Assembly (NCBI GenBank): GCA_020184695.1
Contig: JAANOX010000205.1
Coordinates: 744,001 to 808,000 of the forward strand
Reading direction: 5' to 3'
Source of the DNA: Histomonas meleagridis 2922-C6/04-290x
Taxonomy: Eukaryota > Protista > Parabasalia
Length of the DNA: 64,000 bases
The position numbers were made by a program, and so were the translations under genes. Under the pieces are notes generated by a model, which was not told the origin of the DNA, did no database searches, and saw nothing but the letters and a program-made list of their open reading frames with translations. This document shows, one piece after another, positions 55,323 through 64,000 of this stretch; the first letter of the stretch is position 1, and each line of letters opens with the position of its first letter.

Positions 55323-58300
55323 TCACATTTTCATGAGCAAAGGCTTCAATTGTTCCGCTAATGCCTTTGCAACATCGTTACTCGTCAATAAGTTTTGGAT
55401 CTTATTCATCAAATCCGTTTCTTCTTTTGGTTTCTGTTGCATTTGTTGCTGCTGAATTGGTGGTGGAGGAGGTGGTGGTGGTCGAGGTCTTTGTTGTTGT
55501 TGTTGTTGTGGAGCTATTGTGAGTTGTGGTGGTGGCATTTGTGGTTGAGCCTTTCGATTTGTGCTTTTGTTACCGAAATATGGCGATGATCCTTGAACTG
55601 TTTCTTGGCCATTTAATCCACGTATATACTCGCAAAAGCAATCTCCATATCTTGCGATTTGAGTCTTTGTTAGCCCATTAATATTTTCAAGCTCTTTAAT
55701 ATTTTTTGGATTAATTGCAGCCATTTGTTTCAAAGCGTCCGTTGAAACTATACTATTTGGATCTGCTCCAATTTGGTCTGCGATTCTCTGTCTAATATTC
55801 AACAATTCCTTATAAGTATTATCATTTGACACCGAAACACCATTTTGTGAATCATTTTCGGGGTGCCTCAATTTTGACGTGTTGTTAACGTTCTCCACCA
55901 TCACTTTTGGAAACTCGTTCGAACGGATCAAACCAATATTTTTGCCCGCCCTTAAATAAACGATAGGCCCGTGAGCTGAGTGACGGTTTCCCTCTTCCAA
56001 AATTTCTTTTTCCAACAAAACCCTAATAATTCGATGAACGATGTCTTGGTTAATCCCTTTGAAGCAAGTTCCCATCCCATGTTCCGGTAATTTGTCATCA
56101 CCAGCTTTGACAATCTTTTGACTTTTTGAACCGGTGTAAACCGAAACGATATAAGAAACGGTTGGGTGAGGTGCCGATCGTCTTTTGATGTTGTTAACTA
56201 AAGAAGCTATGTTCTTAGCGTGCTGTGTGACATCTATCAAATTAATTGAATTATTCCTTCCTTCAATTTTTGAAAGGCAATTGTCACACATGCCATGGCA
56301 ATCATTTGGGTTAAAGTCTTCACCAAAATATTTCAATAAGTTCACCCGGCGACAAATGCTTTTCTCAATCCCATATTGTGTCATTGAAGATAACAATTCC
56401 ATTTCAATGTCAAGCCTTTGCTTCGCTTTGTATTCTGTCGTCTGCCATATTAACTTTGACACTTTTGACTTGTCGGAGATTTTAAACATCAAAGCGCAAC
56501 ATGACCTCTTGCCATCTCTCCCCGCACGTCCGCTTTCTTGGTAATATTCTTCTAAACTCTTCGGCATAGTATGATGTATTACATATCGGACATCTTCTTT
56601 ATCGATGCCCATACCGAATGCTAATGTTGCCACAATAACTTTCACTTGATTCGACATCCATTTTCTTTGGTTATCAGTTTTAACACTTGTGTTTAACTTC
56701 GCATGATAAGGCAAAGATTGTAGTCCATTATTACACAACCAGTCACTAATTCTTTCAGTTTCTTTCGTCTTAGTACAGAATATTAAACCAGTTTCATTTT
56801 CATAGTTATGTGACTTAATCCAATTTAATATTGTTTCACATTCCTTAATGAAGTTTCCTTCTTTTGAGATAACTTCATAAAACAAATTTGGCCTATTAAA
56901 TGACTGTTGGAATATCTTACAATTGGCAATCGATAATTCCTTAATAATGTCCGCTTTCACAGATGGTGTTGCAGTCGCAGTCAATGCCATTATCGAAATA
57001 TTTGGAAACGAACTCTTAATTATATTCAGCTGTGTATATTGAGGTCTAAAGTCATGTCCCCATTGAGATACGCAATGTGCTTCGTCAATAGCAAATCTAC
57101 AAATCATATTCTTATGATATAGTTCAGTGATAATACCAAACAAATGTTGACTTTGCGTAAGCTTTTCAGGTGTAATATATAGAAACAATATATTACCTTG
57201 TCGTAAATTGTTTGTAACTTCGAAATATTTCTTCTGCCCAGTGTCCGCTGATAAAAACTCAACGGATATCCCGAGCGCGCGTAACCCTCGAACTTGATCT
57301 TCAATTAATGCAATCAATGGAGAAACAACAATAGTAAGTTTTTGTTGTATGTAACCCGGCAATTGATAACATAAACTTTTCCCGCCGCCTGTCGGCATTA
57401 GCACAAAGACATCTTCGCCTTTTAGTGCTGCATCGATTGCTGACGCTTGAACGCCTCGGAATTGGCGATGATGGAATACGTTTTGGTTAACGGATGTGAT
57501 CTTTTCTAAAACATTCGGATCAATAGATGTCGTAGAAGATGGTACAAAAGTTTCAGTGATCTCTTCAAACGTTTCGTCAGGCGAATAATTGTAGTGCAAA
57601 TATTTCGCTGAGGCTGTGACCGGCGGTTTTTCATAGATTCGCGGTGAACTGTTCGATGGCTCGTCAATGAGTTGTGATGAGTAGTCATTGTATGAGGACT
57701 GGTTATATGCCGTTGGAAATGAATTACTTTGAGACGATGTGAAATCATTTTGATTATAATTATAATTTGATGATGGAAATGAATTACTTTGATATGAAGT
57801 AAAACTGTTTTGGCTGTATGTTGTGTTGCGTGCGCTGTAGTCCATCGACGCAATGTTTGAAACTCGATCAATTTTCGGATTTTGAATTTGACTTTCGATA
57901 TTGTCGATCCGTGACCATATTTGACTACGCCGTTGTTTGAGTTGACCGATTTCAATCGATTGTGGATTGGTTCGAAGAAGTTCGCCAATTTGATGTGATA
58001 TGTCATCAGATTCTTTATAAAGATTTTGTAAATCTTGATGCGTTGGTGGTGCCACATCCGGAATTCCTTCACTGATGTTGTCAAAATCAAAGTCAGAGTC
58101 ATCATCAAGAAAAGATAATATTTCACCTGGATTATCATTAGATTTATTGGGTGAATTTTTGGATGAATGAGCTTGCCTTGGTTGTATTGGTGGCATTGGC
58201 GGTATTTCTTGGAAGTTTTGGTGATTGGTATTATTTTGTCTTTGTTCAAATTTCTGATTCATATTAATTAAAAATGTATTAGAATAACTATTGTTCGGTC

Positions 58301-58466
58301 CTGAAGAAAGTTTTTGCGTATTTTCTTTTGCTATTTTACCAAAATCGATGGAATTAATTCCATTTACTGGTTCTTCAGCAAAACTATAAATAAATCCGGA
58401 TGGCTGTAAAGAATCATAGTTTCCAGTGATCTTTTTTTCCATCTCGGAAAAATTAGTAACTAACAT
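55323..58466 (-). CDS. RecQ: RecQ-family DNA helicase (BLM/Sgs1-like) with RQC and HRDC
   Basis: LMPTGGGKSLCYQLP, DEAHCVSQWGHDFRP, ATLAFGMGIDK, QESGRAGRDG, C..CDNC. Confidence 0.95.
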   Translation of the reverse strand: MLVTNFSEMEKKITGNYDSLQPSGFIYSFAEEPVNGINSIDFGKIAKENTQKLSSGPNNSYSNTFLINMNQKFEQRQNNTNHQNFQEIPPMPPIQPRQAHSSKNSPNKSNDNPGEILSFLDDDSDFDFDNISEGIPDVAPPTHQDLQNLYKESDDISHQIGELLRTNPQSIEIGQLKQRRSQIWSRIDNIESQIQNPKIDRVSNIASMDYSARNTTYSQNSFTSYQSNSFPSSNYNYNQNDFTSSQSNSFPTAYNQSSYNDYSSQLIDEPSNSSPRIYEKPPVTASAKYLHYNYSPDETFEEITETFVPSSTTSIDPNVLEKITSVNQNVFHHRQFRGVQASAIDAALKGEDVFVLMPTGGGKSLCYQLPGYIQQKLTIVVSPLIALIEDQVRGLRALGISVEFLSADTGQKKYFEVTNNLRQGNILFLYITPEKLTQSQHLFGIITELYHKNMICRFAIDEAHCVSQWGHDFRPQYTQLNIIKSSFPNISIMALTATATPSVKADIIKELSIANCKIFQQSFNRPNLFYEVISKEGNFIKECETILNWIKSHNYENETGLIFCTKTKETERISDWLCNNGLQSLPYHAKLNTSVKTDNQRKWMSNQVKVIVATLAFGMGIDKEDVRYVIHHTMPKSLEEYYQESGRAGRDGKRSCCALMFKISDKSKVSKLIWQTTEYKAKQRLDIEMELLSSMTQYGIEKSICRRVNLLKYFGEDFNPNDCHGMCDNCLSKIEGRNNSINLIDVTQHAKNIASLVNNIKRRSAPHPTVSYIVSVYTGSKSQKIVKAGDDKLPEHGMGTCFKGINQDIVHRIIRVLLEKEILEEGNRHSAHGPIVYLRAGKNIGLIRSNEFPKVMVENVNNTSKLRHPENDSQNGVSVSNDNTYKELLNIRQRIADQIGADPNSIVSTDALKQMAAINPKNIKELENINGLTKTQIARYGDCFCEYIRGLNGQETVQGSSPYFGNKSTNRKAQPQMPPPQLTIAPQQQQQQRPRPPPPPPPPIQQQQMQQKPKEETDLMNKIQNLLTSNDVAKALAEQLKPLLMKM

Positions 58467-59171
58467 TTATAATGAAATACTTCTTTGCTTTGATATTTTG
58501 GTTAATGATTTTGAAAAGTGACACTTCACTGATTCATTCACTTTCATAAAAAACGTTTATAAACGTTCGAAAGTTCGCAAACAAGAGCTTAGCACTTTTC
58601 TTGCCTAGATGTTTTCATTGCTTGACATTTATAAAAACTGATAATTTTCTTGTAGCTTTTATTATATATGAATATTTATATGTAGCACGTGTAGAGTCGA
58701 CCCCTTGTGTCGGTGCGAAATCCTCGAAAATTATTTTATAATGGCGTATACCTTATGTGCAATTTAGAAGGGTTCGGCAAAACAGGCCGTAGGCCTCATG
58801 TCGCAACCGCTGGAGCGAAAATAATTTAAGATTTTCGATGATAGGTGGCTCTTGCGATGAGTAAATCGGAGTAGGATTCCCATATCGTAGCGGTTTTTTG
58901 AAAGCCTTCTCAATCCAAAACGATCAATTTTAACACAGAAACGCACTGTTGTTATAAAAAGACAATAAGTATTCAATCCGTTCCTTATCCCCTGTGTAAG
59001 AACTGACCCTTTAGCAAATATTATCAATTTTTTGTACACGGTATTCAATGCTCACGACCTGCAGGCTGGAAAACAACAGATAAATTCAACTGTTTTTGAC
59101 CAGAAAAAATTGTAAATTTGAGAACAATTGAATACGTATTCAACCGAAATAGCAGAACACCTGTTCAAAAA

Positions 59172-62100
59172 ATGATTGCTGATCTTTTGCTTCTCCTGGT
59201 AAAATGCGCATCAAACAATATGCATATTTTCACAACCTCTTTAGGAAATATAACATTTGATGCAAATAAAAATAAAATACTTTCATCTAATAATCAATGG
59301 ACATATGTATTTTTTCCTAATTCACCGAATATTGAACATCTAAAAGATCACGGAATCAACATACAAAAAGGAATCGTGTATAAAAATGTTTATAAGCTTT
59401 ATTTAACAACAAAACAAATATCATTTTTGAAAAATAATGAAGCTCTTATTTCACTTGTTGATCCGAATAGCAAATTAATTGACATAAATAAGATTAGTAA
59501 TTCTAAGCAATTATTTGTGAAAGGAGAGTTTACTCAATTTTTACCAAAGAATACTGCCTTTTACATAATAATATCTTGCTCAGATGATCACCTCATTGTT
59601 GAAACTAAAGATCCCATAAAATCAGCCAAATATTTTAGTTCTTTACCTGAAGTTGAATTTGTTAATTCATATGAACCACCGACACCAGCTAATATTATTG
59701 CATCTGGATTTACACAAAAGAATACAGCTGATCTTATTACTGATACACATGGTAATATTATTGCACCACGATATCTTGAATCCAAAGGAATTACAGGTAA
59801 AAATCAAACAGTTGCATTACTTGATTATTCACTTGATTATTATCATTCACATTTTTATGATCCATCAGTAAATATGACTTTTAACGAATTTATACCAAAT
59901 CATCGAAAGATTTCATATTATTATAATTTTTATGATACTGAAGAATTATTGTATAAAAACTATATGCCAAACAAATCTCATGGTACACATGTATCAGGGA
60001 CTATAGCAGGAAAATCATTAAATGAAAATGATAAAATTAATTCATATAATGGCATCGCACCTGATTCTAAACTTATGTATTTAGGTTCATTTGATGAAAA
60101 CTTTAACAGACTTATGTCAAACACAAGTAAATTAATTGAAATAATTCAAACAGGTAATGTTCATATCTTTACTAATTCATGGGGTTCTCTTACACCATTG
60201 AATGACCGACAGTTGCAATATTTTTTTGATCAAATTATATATAGAAATAATGTTGGTGAAACTTGTCTAATACTTTTTTGTGCAGGTAATGAAGCAGGAA
60301 ATGGATTTTATACAATTCGTTCACCAGGAAATTCAAAAAATGTTTTAACTGTTGGTGCAGCATCAAAGGTTTTTGATTATCAAAACTTTAAATTCAGTGT
60401 TATAAATGAAGAAGGAAAACAAATACAAGTTCTTATACCATATCAACAACCTTACGCTATTCAAGACCTTGAATTAAAAGGCATGAAATTTTATTTATCA
60501 AATTGTTCTGATTTTAGTTTACCAAAGAAAAGTGGGAAATTTTTATATTTGGATATTAATGATTTAAATAAAATGAAAACTGATTCTTCTGAAGTAACAG
60601 CTCAATTACAAAATTATGTTATTTATGGATTTGTTTATGATATAAAAGCTGAAGAATATAATGACTTTAGTTCATATTTTTCTAATTTTTATCCTTCCCG
60701 AAAATTTGTGACAAATAATCCGACAATACTTAAATCAGATGTAGGAAAATATATTACAATAAATTATTCTTATGATTCAATTATAGGAAAACAAAATTCA
60801 CAAATTTCTAAATCATATTTTTCTTCAATAGGTCCAACACATTTTGGTGTAATTAAACCTGATATTATGGCACCAGGTTCATTTGTGATGAGTTCAAAAT
60901 CTAAACAAATAATTGATCCAAATCATGGTTCAAAAGATGAATATATAGATGATTTATATTATTTAGAAGGAACATCAATGGCTACACCAAATGCAGCAGG
61001 TGCTGCAGCATTAATTTCACAATATTTTGATGATTGTAAATATTTAAATGAGAAAGTTAATATTAATTCATTATTATTAAAATCACTTTTAATTGCTTCT
61101 GCTTCAAAATCTGATGGAAGTTATACTCCAGATAATTTTATGGGTCATGGATTAATAGATATATCAACTGTATTACCATTTGAAGATGATAATTTTGGTT
61201 TAAGATTTTCGAATATTGTTAAAATGTCAAAAGGTCAAATGCATCATAAAGGTAAAATTAAAATTACTAAGAATACATCATCTCTTAAAATTGTTTTATG
61301 TTCACATGATATACCTTTAAGTATTGAATCATTAATACCAATTTATTTTGATTTAGATTTAATAGCTATTTCACCAACTAAAAAAATATATGTTGGAAAT
61401 AATCGTATGAATGATACAGAACATTATACATTAAATGAAAAGATTATAATTCCAACAAAAGAATTAGAAATTGGTGAATATGAAATTCATGTAATATCAA
61501 ATATTGAAATTACTTCAACTATTCCATATATTATAACAACAATTGGGCCATTTGAACAAAATGATATAAATTCAAATCCGAAATATATTGAAATGCAAAA
61601 CACAAATGAATGTATATCAACAAAAAATTCAAATGGATGTAATGATGGAAAATTAATATGTAAAAATGGATTTACAGGACAATTATGTAATATTGAATTT
61701 CAAGAATTTCCTTCATATACAACAAGTTCATCAACAATTTTACCAGAAAATTCACAATTTATTATGCAACCAAATACATTAAAATTCTTTAAAGTATCAA
61801 AATATTCAAATTATGATGAATTATTAGTTGTGTTATTCACTAATCAATATAATAATCAATATTCATTACTATGGGAAATGGGAAAACCTGAAAATTATAT
61901 TCCATCATTATCACAAAATGTTTATAAATGTATAACATCAGATAAAGTATTAACAAATCAAAATATACCAATAATAATTAATGCTTCACAAGAAAATTAT
62001 TTCTTTATCTCAAATAATTATCCTTATTCTTCAACATTTTTTGCAGCTGTATTAAATAAGCCTAATGAAAATGATCCATTATGTTTCTGTGATAAGAATG

Positions 62101-62984
62101 ATTGTAGTAATAAAAATATCTGTAAATTACAAAATACTTATTCAACAAATTCTGCATTATATGGAATTTTTTATTATTGTTATGATAGAGTAATTTATAT
62201 TGATAAAAACATCGAAATACCTTCAATATATTTAAATGCAGAAATATTAACTTTGGATTTACTGAAAAATAATAATACGAATATAAAACATTTGATTACT
62301 TTTACTAATTGTATTTCTTCTAATATTTATAATTGTTATTATTTATCAATTAATAATTTAAGAATTAAATTTACTGAAACAAATCAAGTTTCAAGTAATG
62401 TAATTCATTTCGAATATTTAGAACTTAAAAATATTACTTTTGAAGATAATAATAAATTTGTTTTATCGATCAATAATTTAACGACTGATTACGAATCGTT
62501 TGATTCAAATATACAAATTACACAATCAATTAAAATGAATAATTCTGAAATTACAATTAAAACTATAAAGGTTTATAATAATTCAATTGATTTTGTTAAT
62601 TCTAATGATGAAATAAAGAAAATTAATTTAGTAGAAAATTTGAAAATTGAATTTTTTGTAATACATAATGATACTTTAATTAATATATTGAATGGTGAAA
62701 ATTATTCATTAAGTTTACCAAATAATATTCAAATTATTATTAATTTTCATGGAACAGTAAATTCAACTTATAATATTGATGAAAGTATTAAAGATAAAGT
62801 TACAATAATTGAAGATAAACATAAAAAAGGTTTAACAACATTGCATATTGTATTAATTGCTGTTGGTTCTGCTGTCGTTGTTATAGTTGTCATACTGGTG
62901 ATAATATTCTTTATAAAAAGAAAAAAGAAAAACTATGAAAGTATGATGTCAACAACTGACTTAATGCGTAAAGAATTAGTTTAA
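59172..62984 (+). CDS. Membrane-anchored subtilisin-like (S8) serine protease
   Basis: Catalytic D (LLDYSLD), H (HGTHVSGT), S (GTSMATP); EGF-like C..GFTGQLC; C-terminal TM. ATG at 59172 starts a short signal peptide. Confidence 0.92.
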   Translation: MIADLLLLLVKCASNNMHIFTTSLGNITFDANKNKILSSNNQWTYVFFPNSPNIEHLKDHGINIQKGIVYKNVYKLYLTTKQISFLKNNEALISLVDPNSKLIDINKISNSKQLFVKGEFTQFLPKNTAFYIIISCSDDHLIVETKDPIKSAKYFSSLPEVEFVNSYEPPTPANIIASGFTQKNTADLITDTHGNIIAPRYLESKGITGKNQTVALLDYSLDYYHSHFYDPSVNMTFNEFIPNHRKISYYYNFYDTEELLYKNYMPNKSHGTHVSGTIAGKSLNENDKINSYNGIAPDSKLMYLGSFDENFNRLMSNTSKLIEIIQTGNVHIFTNSWGSLTPLNDRQLQYFFDQIIYRNNVGETCLILFCAGNEAGNGFYTIRSPGNSKNVLTVGAASKVFDYQNFKFSVINEEGKQIQVLIPYQQPYAIQDLELKGMKFYLSNCSDFSLPKKSGKFLYLDINDLNKMKTDSSEVTAQLQNYVIYGFVYDIKAEEYNDFSSYFSNFYPSRKFVTNNPTILKSDVGKYITINYSYDSIIGKQNSQISKSYFSSIGPTHFGVIKPDIMAPGSFVMSSKSKQIIDPNHGSKDEYIDDLYYLEGTSMATPNAAGAAALISQYFDDCKYLNEKVNINSLLLKSLLIASASKSDGSYTPDNFMGHGLIDISTVLPFEDDNFGLRFSNIVKMSKGQMHHKGKIKITKNTSSLKIVLCSHDIPLSIESLIPIYFDLDLIAISPTKKIYVGNNRMNDTEHYTLNEKIIIPTKELEIGEYEIHVISNIEITSTIPYIITTIGPFEQNDINSNPKYIEMQNTNECISTKNSNGCNDGKLICKNGFTGQLCNIEFQEFPSYTTSSSTILPENSQFIMQPNTLKFFKVSKYSNYDELLVVLFTNQYNNQYSLLWEMGKPENYIPSLSQNVYKCITSDKVLTNQNIPIIINASQENYFFISNNYPYSSTFFAAVLNKPNENDPLCFCDKNDCSNKNICKLQNTYSTNSALYGIFYYCYDRVIYIDKNIEIPSIYLNAEILTLDLLKNNNTNIKHLITFTNCISSNIYNCYYLSINNLRIKFTETNQVSSNVIHFEYLELKNITFEDNNKFVLSINNLTTDYESFDSNIQITQSIKMNNSEITIKTIKVYNNSIDFVNSNDEIKKINLVENLKIEFFVIHNDTLINILNGENYSLSLPNNIQIIINFHGTVNSTYNIDESIKDKVTIIEDKHKKGLTTLHIVLIAVGSAVVVIVVILVIIFFIKRKKKNYESMMSTTDLMRKELV

Positions 62985-63256
62985 GTAAATTTTACATTAT
63001 TTCTTTTCGTAAATTTAAGTGTTTTACCTACTTTGAATTTTATATGATGATTGGTAACTAAAAAACTGTTAAAAAAATTTTCCGGTTTCGAGCTGTACAA
63101 AAAGTTAACTTAAATTGAATTTTTGAAGGCATTTCAAATGCTTCTGTTCATATTTCAGGCGCCAATTTCTGCAGAAAAATGTAAACGTGCCAAAATGAGG
63201 ACAATTTCAATACAACCGACGGCCCAGGTCGAAATTTGTGTAATCAATTATCGATA

Positions 63257-64000
63257 ATGCCTATAAAGACATCGCACTTTAAGGCAGTATTATTTCGAAA
63301 ATATATTATGATCAAACGTTCATGGAGATCCTTTATATTTACAATTGTTGCATGTATTGTAGCTTCTGCTTTAGCAATTGCTATTTATTATGCAATGGCT
63401 TATTTTATGCAACCTGGAACAAATAAAATTACGTTTGAAGATTTTGCACAAAATTCAAATTTTTTATTGTTTGTAGATGATGGTTCATTACCTGAATTTC
63501 CATATTTAAAACAATCTCTTATAAATCTTTATGAAAGAGAATTAGGCCAAACACCTGACAGCCTTACCTTTAATTCATCAGATGAATTAAATTCATGGGT
63601 TGTTCAACAAGAAACATCACTTCAACAACCTACATATATTCCAATGGGTGTACAATTTTACCAAACGCAAAACAACGCATTTGCTATGTCCACATGGTTT
63701 AACACGTCAGGTTATCATGAAACATCTGATCAATTTACAGTAGATTTTTTAGCCACCAAAGCAGTCTGGAATTATATTTACGGCGGGAACTTCACACTGA
63801 CCTTTACAGTATCAGCCAGCCGTAGTATTGAATATTATTTTGGGAATATCGGTCCGATCATATTAGTTGCAGGATTATATTCCATTATTCCATTAATCAT
63901 TACACAGCCTATCATTGATATTACGGGCGAAATTCGGTCATATATGGTTTCCTGTACACTAAAAATCTTTCCATATTGGCTCGGCACATTTCTCTTAGAC
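63257..64000 (+). CDS. ABC transporter (ABCA-like) N-terminal part, truncated by window edge
   Basis: MPIKTSHFKAVLFRKYIMIKRSW, TM1, ectodomain, then G..IRSYM..CTL..FPYWLGTFL.D; frame open to 64000. Confidence 0.75.
   Translation, partial: MPIKTSHFKAVLFRKYIMIKRSWRSFIFTIVACIVASALAIAIYYAMAYFMQPGTNKITFEDFAQNSNFLLFVDDGSLPEFPYLKQSLINLYERELGQTPDSLTFNSSDELNSWVVQQETSLQQPTYIPMGVQFYQTQNNAFAMSTWFNTSGYHETSDQFTVDFLATKAVWNYIYGGNFTLTFTVSASRSIEYYFGNIGPIILVAGLYSIIPLIITQPIIDITGEIRSYMVSCTLKIFPYWLGTFLLD

Noticed and set aside
55440-55545. (TGT/TGG)n microsatellite
   Set aside because: Encodes the ordinary Gln/Pro-rich tail of RecQ.
58786-58795. 5S rRNA-like GCCTACGGCC on the minus strand
   Set aside because: Only a 10-nt match; the rest of 5S is absent.
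58764-59048. 94-aa minus-strand ORF
   Set aside because: No motif, atypical composition, no Inr; treated as part of a non-coding island.
63221-63234. SRP helix-8-like GGCCCAGGTCGAAA
   Set aside because: Lacks the downstream AGCAG strand and any long SRP stem; likely chance.

Overview
AT-rich, gene-dense eukaryotic DNA, almost certainly from a parabasalid protist (Tritrichomonas/Trichomonas-like; inference). Support: TCAY-type initiator elements just upstream of ATGs, M3 (CGGTT) plus M5 (CCTTT) motifs on three ribosomal-protein genes, DUF3447-ankyrin, BspA and IBD families, and near-intronless genes. It holds about 35 housekeeping/surface genes (INPP5B-like, Bub3, tetraspanin, RPL7/L8/L23a, Emg1-like, SURF6, SAS-4-like, BUD13, Arf, AP-1 gamma, CARMIL-like LRR, PRMT5, PMT, PH-AGC kinase, ORC5, Rab, RecQ, subtilisin, ABCA), a decayed Mutator (MULE) transposon with 72-bp TIRs and a 9-bp TSD, and pseudogene relics. 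The standout: in two paralogous DUF3447-ankyrin genes (20031-22353 +, 33614-30929 -), every complete ankyrin repeat is interrupted at the same site by an AT-rich insert. The linker is exactly 80 nt in 13 of 15 copies and 63 nt in 2. It carries a TTTGGAA-type motif/hairpin at a fixed distance from its 3' end and has no conserved GT-AG ends. Stops block both relevant frames, so about 68 nt per repeat must be skipped if the genes are expressed: candidate non-canonical introns or another excision/bypass system. Second: a transmembrane surface protein built on a Bacteroidetes fimbrillin (type V pilin)-like domain. All counts were made by eye; no searches were run.
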